NCBI GenBank assembly: GCA_039588275.1
Contig: JBDHAC010000023.1
Span: forward strand, 1 to 54,360
Source of the DNA: Gemmatimonadota bacterium
Lineage (GTDB): Bacteria > Gemmatimonadota > Gemmatimonadetes > Palauibacterales > Palauibacteraceae
Direction of reading: 5' to 3'
Length of the DNA stretch: 54,360 nt
This document shows, piece by piece, positions 36,184 through 44,140 of this stretch (within the stretch, counting starts at the first letter, position 1; each line of letters starts with the position of its first letter). The notes below the pieces were generated by a model. That model had not been told where the DNA came from, did not search any database, and worked only from the letters and a program-made list of their open reading frames with translations. A program made the position numbers and the translations under genes.

Positions 36184-37104
36184 ATGGAAGGGAAAATCAC
36201 GGACATAGTATCCATCTGGGACGGCCTGCCGCGCGGAGACGTCCTCTATCTGTTGGCAGGCTCAGACCGGCTAACCGAGGAGCGCGCGCCTCACTCCATG
36301 CTGATAGAGTATTCTGGAGGCCCCCGCGCCGTTGCCACTCTCGATTGGACGGCCAGAGATATTGCAGCCGATCCGCACCACGAGGACGGTGTTCTGTTGT
36401 TGGGGCTTGAAGGCGAGATCGCCCGTTTCCGTGGTGGTCAAGTCGAGAGCCTGCCACCGATATCGGGTGAGCCCCCACCGTCTGCTCGCGGCACGCTGTT
36501 ATACCTAGGCGAGGCCGGTGGGCACTTGATGGCGTGCGGGGGCAACCAACAAGTCTATCGGTATTCTCCCAGGGGTCACTGGATCCGTCAGGAACAAGGT
36601 CTGACCAGGCCCGAGGACGGAGGGCTGTCGCAATTCGAGTTCGTTGTAGGAGATTCCCAAAGCGGTAGTCTCTACACTGCCGGCGCGCGCGGCGAAGCTT
36701 GGTACTGGAACGGTGCGGAGTGGCAGTCGCTTGACATGCCGACGAACGTCCGATTAACCAGCGCCTGCCGTGGTCTGGAAGGTGAATGGTGGATTACCGG
36801 GCAGTTGGGAACGCTGATACGCGGTTCCGGAACCTCATGGGAAGCGGTACACCAAGATGAGGAGATACCGTTCTTCTGGGACTTAGCTTTCTACCGGGGT
36901 ACACTCTTCCTCACCACGGACAGAGTCCTATATCAATGGAAGGACGGCGAACTCGAGCCAGTTAATTTCGCCGATGATACCCTTTACGAGGGCCTGATCC
37001 CGTATTCCTTCTATAAACTGTCTGTGGGTGGCGATCGGCTACTCACCTTTGGGGCCAAGGACATAATGAGTTTCGACGGCGAGCGCTGGCACCGCATCGT
37101 CTAG
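36184..37104 (+). CDS. Putative cognate immunity protein, predicted beta-propeller
   Basis: Starts 1 nt after the effector stop. Repeated blades such as LYTAGARGEAWYWNGAEW, WITGQLGTLIRG and FDGERW. Lower GC, like the toxin; no signal peptide. Confidence 0.7.
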   Translation: MEGKITDIVSIWDGLPRGDVLYLLAGSDRLTEERAPHSMLIEYSGGPRAVATLDWTARDIAADPHHEDGVLLLGLEGEIARFRGGQVESLPPISGEPPPSARGTLLYLGEAGGHLMACGGNQQVYRYSPRGHWIRQEQGLTRPEDGGLSQFEFVVGDSQSGSLYTAGARGEAWYWNGAEWQSLDMPTNVRLTSACRGLEGEWWITGQLGTLIRGSGTSWEAVHQDEEIPFFWDLAFYRGTLFLTTDRVLYQWKDGELEPVNFADDTLYEGLIPYSFYKLSVGGDRLLTFGAKDIMSFDGERWHRIV

Positions 37105-37286
37105 GCGACGGTTCGTCACTGGGGTTCCGTGATGTTTCTTTTGGCAAACACCTTTCTCGGTACGGGGTGGGTATCACCTTGCTCTGACTCCTCCGTGATC
37201 TCGGCGCCGGATCGGCGGATCTCTTGCTGCAAAACCTGGTCAGTCCTTCAATCTGGTCCAGGCGCTCGTCGATGGCCTAGAACGCC

Positions 37287-38531
37287 ATGACCGTCCTGCC
37301 AGCGGTTCTCTCTCAGCATGCTGAGGACGCCGCGTTCAACTGGGTTCTTCGCGATCTAGCGGTCCACGAGGCGCACTACTCGCTCCGGGACCTGGCCGAT
37401 CTCGATGACCGCGTTGAAGCCCACCTCGATGGCCTACGCATCGCAGGTGATATGGGCTGGGAGATCCTGAAAGAGGAGCTCCGTTCGGAGGAAGCGGGAG
37501 AAGTGTTCGCTGCGGCCTCGATCGCGTTCGACTCGGGCGACCCGCCGCGGGTCGAGGGGGTCCTCGCGACCGTCTGCGATTCGGTGGAACTATCGCGAGG
37601 CCTGATCTCGGCGCTAGGGTGGCTGCCGTTCGACGTTGCCCGTGAACACCTCAACCAGCTGCTCCAGTCCGAGGACCCAAGCCGTCGGAGAGTCGGGATC
37701 GGCGGGACCGCCGTGCACCGGGCAGACCCAGGTGACGCGCTCACGAAGCTACTCACCTCGGGCGAGACGCCTGCCAAGTCACGTGCCTTGAGGGCAGCCG
37801 GTGAGCTAGGTCGCACCGACGTCAGTGGCCACTGTCGCACCGCGCTCGAATCTGAGGACGAGGAAGAGCGCTTCTGGGCCGCGTGGAGCGCCACGCTACT
37901 GGGCGACCGAAACTCCGCGATCCGCGTGCTCTTCACTGCGGCGCAGGAGGGGGGTTCCAGAGCTGAGCAAGCGGCCGATCTGGTCGCGCGGAGCATGCCG
38001 TCGCCGCAGGTGCTCGTCTGGCAACGACAACTGGCCGAGGATGGCGAGCACGCACGACTCGCGTGCAAGGTGGCGGGCGTTCTCGGCGATACGGTCGTGG
38101 TCCCCTGGCTGATCGAGATGATGGGCGCAGACGAGGTGGCGCGGCCGGCGGGCGAGGCGTTCACGTCAATCACCGGTGTGGATCTCGCGTTCGAGGACCT
38201 CGAGCGGGAGTGGCCCGAGGGGTTCGAGGCAGGTCCGACCGAGAGCCCGGAGGATGAGGACGTCGAGTTGGACACCGACGAGAACCTCGCGTGGCCCGAC
38301 CCGGAGCTGATCGGAAGCTGGTGGGATGATAACGGGAGCCGGTTCTCCGCCGGAACCCGGTATCTGCTGGGAAAGCCCATCACGAAAGAGTCACTGGGAG
38401 AGGCTCTCAGGACCGGGATGCAGCGCCAGCGAGCCGCCGCGGCGCTCGAGTTGGCCCTCATGGACTCTGGCGCTCCGCTATTCGAGGTGCGGGCGCGCGG
38501 GGACCGACAGCGGAAGATCCTGGGGGTGTAG
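37287..38531 (+). CDS. TIGR02270-family HEAT-repeat T6SS accessory protein
   Basis: QHAEDAAFNW..R, DDRVEAHLDGL, AGEAFTSITGVDL, LAWPDP, RYLLGKP and GMQRQRAAAALE. Confidence 0.88.
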   Translation: MTVLPAVLSQHAEDAAFNWVLRDLAVHEAHYSLRDLADLDDRVEAHLDGLRIAGDMGWEILKEELRSEEAGEVFAAASIAFDSGDPPRVEGVLATVCDSVELSRGLISALGWLPFDVAREHLNQLLQSEDPSRRRVGIGGTAVHRADPGDALTKLLTSGETPAKSRALRAAGELGRTDVSGHCRTALESEDEEERFWAAWSATLLGDRNSAIRVLFTAAQEGGSRAEQAADLVARSMPSPQVLVWQRQLAEDGEHARLACKVAGVLGDTVVVPWLIEMMGADEVARPAGEAFTSITGVDLAFEDLEREWPEGFEAGPTESPEDEDVELDTDENLAWPDPELIGSWWDDNGSRFSAGTRYLLGKPITKESLGEALRTGMQRQRAAAALELALMDSGAPLFEVRARGDRQRKILGV

Positions 38532-38601
38532 GCTAGCGGGCGATCGGGAGCCACGAGCTGGCAGCCACCGACACCACAGCTTACCCGACCGCGAGACTCG
38601 T

Positions 38602-39156
38602 TCAGGGCCTGATCTTGACTACCGTCCCGATCGGGGCGAGCTGCTTGATCTTCCTGATCGCGGTATTCGAGACCCTCACGCACCCGTGGGTGATGTCGCC
38701 ACCGCTCATCGAAGGCAGTTCATCCGCCCCAAGTTTGTCTCTGTGCGTGCCATGGAGCTCGATCAAGCCTGGTGACAGGTCGGCCATCAGGACGCCGAAC
38801 GGGTTGCTGTCCTTCCACACCTCGTACCACACCCCGTCGTACTCGACCTTGGCTTCCGCGGTCGACAACCGTTTGGCCTTGAAACGTCCGTGACCGGGGC
38901 GCACGAACCCGGTCTCCCCGGGCTTGGGCCAGCGGTAGCGCTTCGAGAAAGTCGCCCCAAACGAAAACCATGTGATCGGGCTGTAGTCGGGACGGTGGCT
39001 TACCGGTCCCCACACCCACTTCTTGATCTTTCGCGTCCCGGTGGTAGTCCCGGTCTTGCCGTGAGCCACGGGTGTCGAGAACACGAGCCTTCCGCGCTTG
39101 TTGTAGACGCGCAGCACCCGCTTGCTCTTCCTGATCACAATGGTCGTGGCACTCAT
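38602..39156 (-). CDS. L,D-transpeptidase (YkuD-like) catalytic domain, no signal peptide
   Basis: IVIRKSKRVLRVY, PVAHG, NPFG and IELHGT...THGCVRV (His-x-Cys catalytic motif), IGTVVKI. Confidence 0.85.
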   Translation of the reverse strand: MSATTIVIRKSKRVLRVYNKRGRLVFSTPVAHGKTGTTTGTRKIKKWVWGPVSHRPDYSPITWFSFGATFSKRYRWPKPGETGFVRPGHGRFKAKRLSTAEAKVEYDGVWYEVWKDSNPFGVLMADLSPGLIELHGTHRDKLGADELPSMSGGDITHGCVRVSNTAIRKIKQLAPIGTVVKIRP

Positions 39157-39328
39157 TGAGGCCCTCGAGGTTGAGCCAACGAGCGTCGGAGTCACCCTGG
39201 GTGGCTCGCCCAAGGTCTCCCACGCGCTACCTCCGAGCTGCGGCAGGGAGGTAAGAGAATAGTCCGAAACCTGATTCGCGCCTATCCCTGCCGGTGTCTC
39301 GAAAAAGCAGACGGGTTATCTTGGTGTC

Positions 39329-41059
39329 ATGGACGCCTTCGGTAAATACCAGGTCGTCGATCAGATTGGCGAGGGGGGATTCGGAAGGGTCTACAAGGGC
39401 TGGGATCCGGTCCTCAAGCGTCACGTCGCGATCAAGACCTGCTCCTTCGAGGACTCCCACCTGAGGGAGCGGTTCGTCCAGGAAGCCGAGATCGCCGCCG
39501 GCCTCCGCCACCCCAACATCGTCACCGTCCACGACTTCGGAGACCACGAGGGCGAGCCCTACCTGGTCCAGGAGTTCCTCGAAGGAGAGGACCTGAACAT
39601 CCTGATCGGGCGCGGCGAGCCCGGAGACCTCCACACGAAGCTGTCTTATCTGCGGCAGGTCGCCGAGGGCCTGCAGTTCGCCCACGCCCACGGAGTCGTG
39701 CACCGGGACGTCAAGCCAGCGAACGTTCGGATCGAGCCCGACGGCCGCGTCCGAATCATGGACTTCGGGATCGCGAAGCTGTTGGGGGCGGACCGCGGCC
39801 TCACCCAGACCGGCATGAGCCTCGGCACGGATGCGTATGTGTCCCCGGAGCAGCTGCGCGGTCTCGAGATCGACCACCGGACGGACATCTTCTCGTTCGG
39901 CGTGCTGGCCTACGAGCTCGTGGTTGGCAGGCGACCCTTCGAGGGGGATACGATCTCGAGCCTCCATTACCAGATCGCGCACGAAGATCCGCTCCCCGTG
40001 AGGGAAGCGAGGCCCGACTGTCCACCCCGGCTCGCCGCCTGCATCGAGCGCTGTCTTTCGAAGGACCGAGATGAACGATTCGGTGACTTCTCGCAGGTCG
40101 TGGCCGAGCTGGATGCCTCGAGCCCAGCCCCGGCGCCCACCGTCGTCGCGCGTCCCCGGGGTCCGAGACGGGCTGAACCCCGCGAAGAGGAATCCGTGCA
40201 CGAGGCACGGCGCGGCCTCAAGCGCGGGTACGTGGGACTCCTCATCGCGGCCGGGGTCGTCGCGGTTTTTGGCATCCTGAATCTGGCCCGGTCGAGCTTC
40301 TCTGATCCGAGTCCTGAGGAATTGGCGGACGGGAGCGCGCGCGACGACACGACGGTGGCCGTACTCCCCACCCCTCCGTCGTCACCTGACGATGGGGCTT
40401 TGGTAGACGACACCTCGACCGATGACGTCGCTGGCGACGCCTCGGGAGGTGAGCGCACGGATCCGAGCGACCCATCGTCGGGACGCCAACCCGCGGATGC
40501 GGACGAGCTGCGGGATGCCGGAGGAGGGGCGGACAGGCTGCCCGATCGCGACCCGACGCCCGACCCGCTCCCGGACGACGCGGCGGCCATTACTTCCTCG
40601 TCGGGGGTCCTCGTCTTGGTCTATGGCGAGGCGGGTTCCGGCTACGACGTCGTCGAGAACGTCCTCATCGAAGAACTGTCGCGGAGAGGGTACGAGGTGT
40701 GGGACCAGGCCAGCCTCGAGATGGGAGCTCCGGGAGGCGCATCGGGTCTCGACGCGGCCCGAATCCGCGAACTTGGGCAACAGCGAGGCGTGGCCGTGGT
40801 GGTTCTCGGCACGCTCGAGACCGAAGCGCGTCCGTTCGCGGACTTCTACACGGGTAGCGCGAAGCTCTCGCTTCGCACGTACGAGACTTCCACGGGGCGG
40901 CTGCTGAGTCCGGAGACCTTCGAGGTGGGTAGTGGCGGGATCCCCGGGAGACGGGGCCAGACGGCTGCGTCGGCGATGACCGAAGCGGCCCGGCAGGTGG
41001 GCTACCAGGCATCGAGCGCTTTGTTGCAGCAGCTGCGTGACCGATCGATTCGTCCGTGA
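39329..41059 (+). CDS. Membrane Ser/Thr kinase with a C-terminal CsgG/TolB_N-like periplasmic domain
   Basis: GEGGFGRVY, VAIK, RFVQEA, HRDVKPAN, DFG and YVSPEQ; TM; C-terminal ELSRRGYEV...RELGQQRGVAVVVLGTL...LRTYETSTGRLL. TATCTT lies 6 nt before the ATG (leaderless-type). Confidence 0.92.
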   Translation: MDAFGKYQVVDQIGEGGFGRVYKGWDPVLKRHVAIKTCSFEDSHLRERFVQEAEIAAGLRHPNIVTVHDFGDHEGEPYLVQEFLEGEDLNILIGRGEPGDLHTKLSYLRQVAEGLQFAHAHGVVHRDVKPANVRIEPDGRVRIMDFGIAKLLGADRGLTQTGMSLGTDAYVSPEQLRGLEIDHRTDIFSFGVLAYELVVGRRPFEGDTISSLHYQIAHEDPLPVREARPDCPPRLAACIERCLSKDRDERFGDFSQVVAELDASSPAPAPTVVARPRGPRRAEPREEESVHEARRGLKRGYVGLLIAAGVVAVFGILNLARSSFSDPSPEELADGSARDDTTVAVLPTPPSSPDDGALVDDTSTDDVAGDASGGERTDPSDPSSGRQPADADELRDAGGGADRLPDRDPTPDPLPDDAAAITSSSGVLVLVYGEAGSGYDVVENVLIEELSRRGYEVWDQASLEMGAPGGASGLDAARIRELGQQRGVAVVVLGTLETEARPFADFYTGSAKLSLRTYETSTGRLLSPETFEVGSGGIPGRRGQTAASAMTEAARQVGYQASSALLQQLRDRSIRP

Positions 41060-41152
41060 GAGAGCGGACACTCTGCTCGGGAGGAACTGGCTCCCGAGAA
41101 TCGCTCACGTGGCAATCGGAATCATCGTAACGCTTTGGACGAGGGAATGACC

Positions 41153-42058
41153 ATGCGATCTCCAACCCCAATTCTCCAACGCGCGACCCTTCTCGCCATC
41201 ATCAGCACGCTCGCGGTGGGCTGGAATGCGGTGGCAGCCCAACAGGCCGTGAAGGTGAGGATCGCCGTCGTGGACCTTCGAAACAGCAGCGGATGGAACT
41301 ATTGGGGTGAGCAGCTGGGCGCCGCCGCGGCCGATCAGCTGGCCACCGAGCTGGTGCGCACGAACGAGTTCTCGGTCATCGAGAGAGACCGGCTGCAGGC
41401 GATCCTGGCCGAGCAAGGGCTGGGTCAGAGCGGCGCCGTCGACCCGGCGACCGCCGTGAAGATCGGCGAGCTTCTTGGTGTCCAGGCGATTCTGACCGGC
41501 TCCATCACCAAATTCGCGGTCGACACCAAACGCGTCGGGATCGGACCAGCCGCCGTCAGCCGAACCCAAGCCGAGGTGGCGCTCGACATCCGCGTCGTGG
41601 ACACCAGCACCGGCGAGATCCTCGCGGTGGCGGACGGCTCGGGGGAGAAGAACCTCGGCGGCTTCGGCATCGACAGGATAGCGTTCGAATCAACCTTCGA
41701 CCGAGGCATCGCCCAGGAAGCGCTGAGCCCGGCCGTAGAGGAGGTCGTCGAACGACTCCTCGATGAGAAAGAGACCTTCGAGTCTCTGGCGCCCGTCGCG
41801 GCGGCGGCTCAGATCGTCGGATCTAGCGAAGGGTCCTTCTACATCGACCATGGAGAGAACTTCGATATCCAGGTCGGCCAGCGCTACGACGTGTTCCGAG
41901 TGACCGATGAGATCCGGGACGCCGATGGGAACCTGCTCGATACGCTGACCGAAAAGGTCGGAGTGATCGAGGTGGTCCGGGTACTGAGCCAATCGTCGGT
42001 CTGCCAGATCGTCCAGGGCGAGGCCCAGGAGGGGGACACCGTCCGCCCCCAGGCTTAG
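41153..42058 (+). CDS. CsgG/HfaB-family exported protein with FlgT C-terminal-like domain
   Basis: Signal peptide ending AVAA; RIAVVDL, FSVIERDRLQAILAEQ, AVKIGELLGVQAILTGSIT and DIRVVDTSTGEIL; C-terminal YIDHGENFDIQVGQRYDV. Confidence 0.85.
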   Translation: MRSPTPILQRATLLAIISTLAVGWNAVAAQQAVKVRIAVVDLRNSSGWNYWGEQLGAAAADQLATELVRTNEFSVIERDRLQAILAEQGLGQSGAVDPATAVKIGELLGVQAILTGSITKFAVDTKRVGIGPAAVSRTQAEVALDIRVVDTSTGEILAVADGSGEKNLGGFGIDRIAFESTFDRGIAQEALSPAVEEVVERLLDEKETFESLAPVAAAAQIVGSSEGSFYIDHGENFDIQVGQRYDVFRVTDEIRDADGNLLDTLTEKVGVIEVVRVLSQSSVCQIVQGEAQEGDTVRPQA

Positions 42059-42093
42059 GCCGCGCCTCCGCTGAGAGCGACCGACTTCGTGCT

Positions 42094-42570
42094 CTAGGCG
42101 GCTTCGCCCACGTATCCCTGCGCGCTGACTCCGAACTGCGGCAAGAACGAGTTGGAGTAGGTGAAGAGCCGATCGGTCCGGACTCCCTGCGCGAGGAAGA
42201 ACCCCTCGTCCTCGGTGGTCAGCCGGTGCATGGCGGCGACCACCACATACAGATGCTCCGACTCGATCCTGGCGCACCCGACGGCGGCCAGGGCGACCTC
42301 GTGCGCGCGAGCATCGAGCGGACCGGGCGGGGCGTGGTAACAGTAGGCTACACCCGGCCCGTCCGGAGGCGTGTGAATCCAAACGACGGCGACCGTCGTC
42401 GAGAGGCCGAAGGCGAACGCGCCCCCCTCGCCCTCGGGCTCCTCGAGGCTCACGGCGTGAGCCTGCCCGGGACCGAGACGGTGCCACTCCCCTCTTGAGA
42501 TCGTCATGTAGAGCGGAGGCCCTTCGCCGGCGGGAAAGTCCAGAAACGGGATGTCGCGCCGCTCGAACAT
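42094..42570 (-). CDS. Hypothetical protein with weak CheD/CNF1 deamidase-fold resemblance
   Basis: Fills the gap with high-GC coding style; LGPGQAH...FGLSTTVAVVWIH...AYCYHAPP. Start uncertain (42570 or upstream). Confidence 0.55.
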   Translation of the reverse strand: MFERRDIPFLDFPAGEGPPLYMTISRGEWHRLGPGQAHAVSLEEPEGEGGAFAFGLSTTVAVVWIHTPPDGPGVAYCYHAPPGPLDARAHEVALAAVGCARIESEHLYVVVAAMHRLTTEDEGFFLAQGVRTDRLFTYSNSFLPQFGVSAQGYVGEAA

Positions 42571-42730
42571 CTCGAGAGCGCCACGCACGTATCGTCTCGT
42601 CACGGCAGGAAACCTCGAGTGCCGCAGTTCGTCACTTCTCGGTCTTGGGCCCGCGTACCGTAAGCGTAGAGGTCCCGGTGGGCCAATGGCCACCGGGACC
42701 TCAGGTGCTCTAGATCCCCTCCAGACGCTA

Positions 42731-43390
42731 CTAACGCGACCGGAAGCTGAGCCCCCCCGCGAACACGATCGTATTCAGCGAGCTCGAGTCCTCGGACGGG
42801 AACAGCGAAAAATCTCCGGTGGTCGACACGATGTAGTCGCGGAGGTCGAGGCGCATCCAGACCACTTCGCTGATCGGAATCTCCAGACCGCCCCCGAAGT
42901 TGAACATGAACTCGGACGTGGTCTCCGGGCTGGTGGGGAAAGCCTTCGCAGCGTCCTCGGGACTGAACGAGATCGCACCGGCCCCACCTGACAGGTAAGG
43001 GACGACCGCGGTCTTCGAGCTCGTGAAGGCGTATCCGACGTTGCCGCCGTATATGAGCAGGTTGAGGTCGTAGCCCTGCTGGATATTGAGGTCGGCGCTG
43101 CTGGTCGGAAGCAACATCGTAGAGGGAAGGTATCCGAATACGCCCTCGATCATCAGGCGATTCGCGACGCGTACACCAGCGAACAGGCCGAAGCCGGGCG
43201 CGTTGTTGATGCTGGCCTTCTCCACCGAGAAGCCGGGGATGCTCTGCTGCTCCCCTACGTCGCCTCCGAAGAATGCGGTGGCGATCCAGGGACTCACGTA
43301 GAAGGTCGTCGACGACTCCTGACTGTGCCCTTGCGTGGGAAACATGAACACCGCGAGGGTTAGGACGCACAGCGACTTCAGCAACTTCAT
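42731..43390 (-). CDS. Outer-membrane beta-barrel protein (OmpA-like TM domain)
   Basis: Signal peptide; VPYLSGGAG, FMFNFGGG, MRLDLRDY and C-terminal GLSFR; GGAGG RBS. Confidence 0.85.
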   Translation of the reverse strand: MKLLKSLCVLTLAVFMFPTQGHSQESSTTFYVSPWIATAFFGGDVGEQQSIPGFSVEKASINNAPGFGLFAGVRVANRLMIEGVFGYLPSTMLLPTSSADLNIQQGYDLNLLIYGGNVGYAFTSSKTAVVPYLSGGAGAISFSPEDAAKAFPTSPETTSEFMFNFGGGLEIPISEVVWMRLDLRDYIVSTTGDFSLFPSEDSSSLNTIVFAGGLSFRSR

Positions 43391-43493
43391 GGTGGGCCTC
43401 CTGCGCTGGGTGTGCCTGGGAATCCGGCTACGATGTCTCCCTCCAAGGGATCGCCGAGTGCAAAAAGCATAGCCGGGGAAAGGACGTGAGACA

Positions 43494-43976
43494 ATGGAAA
43501 CGCAACGCCATGAGGCCCACGCCGTGCGTCTTCTCTGCGCGGCGTTGCTGATGGCAGGTTGCGCACACGGGTACCGTGAGACCGGGGTTCTCTTGCATGA
43601 AGACGGGCGCTACCACCTCGTGCGGGCCCCCCAGGATCTGTTTCCGGAGTCCCGCCCCGGCTCTCCGGCGGCCGAGATCGTTTTCGACAGCCGAGGCCTG
43701 GGGTTGGACCGAAACTACCTTCGGTATCGGATCGTCGTCGGCCCCCGCTACTTCACCGTTCACGAGCGCCCAGACCCGATTTTCGAAGCGCCCCCGGGGA
43801 CTCATCGCATCGGGCTGCAGCGCATCGACATCTCCACCTATGTGAGCGGCCAGACCATTCGTTACGAGACCCCCGAGGTGGTGGAGTTTCAGTTGGAGGA
43901 AGGCGATCGAGTCACGATCATCCTGCGACCTGGGAATGACGGAGCGATTCACGCCGAGCTTGTGTGGAGCGACTAG
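43494..43976 (+). CDS. Small lipoprotein of unknown function
   Basis: Lipobox LMAG-C; beta-rich domain. Confidence 0.65.
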   Translation: METQRHEAHAVRLLCAALLMAGCAHGYRETGVLLHEDGRYHLVRAPQDLFPESRPGSPAAEIVFDSRGLGLDRNYLRYRIVVGPRYFTVHERPDPIFEAPPGTHRIGLQRIDISTYVSGQTIRYETPEVVEFQLEEGDRVTIILRPGNDGAIHAELVWSD

Positions 43977-44140
43977 ACAGGGGTAGAATGGGCGGTCAAC
44001 ACAACGGTGTCCCGTGCGAAGGCGTGGGGAGACCGCGTCTCCCGAATCGCCTGGCGCGGCTCGCGAGTCCGCTATTCAGCGCCCTTCCGGCGTCCTAATA
44101 AATCCGCTCCAGTCCCCGATTAGCCGACCAGGAGGTAGAC

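Noticed and set aside
41153..42058. Curli secretion system
   Set aside because: No csgA/B/E/F-like genes, no lipobox, and an extra FlgT_C-like domain.
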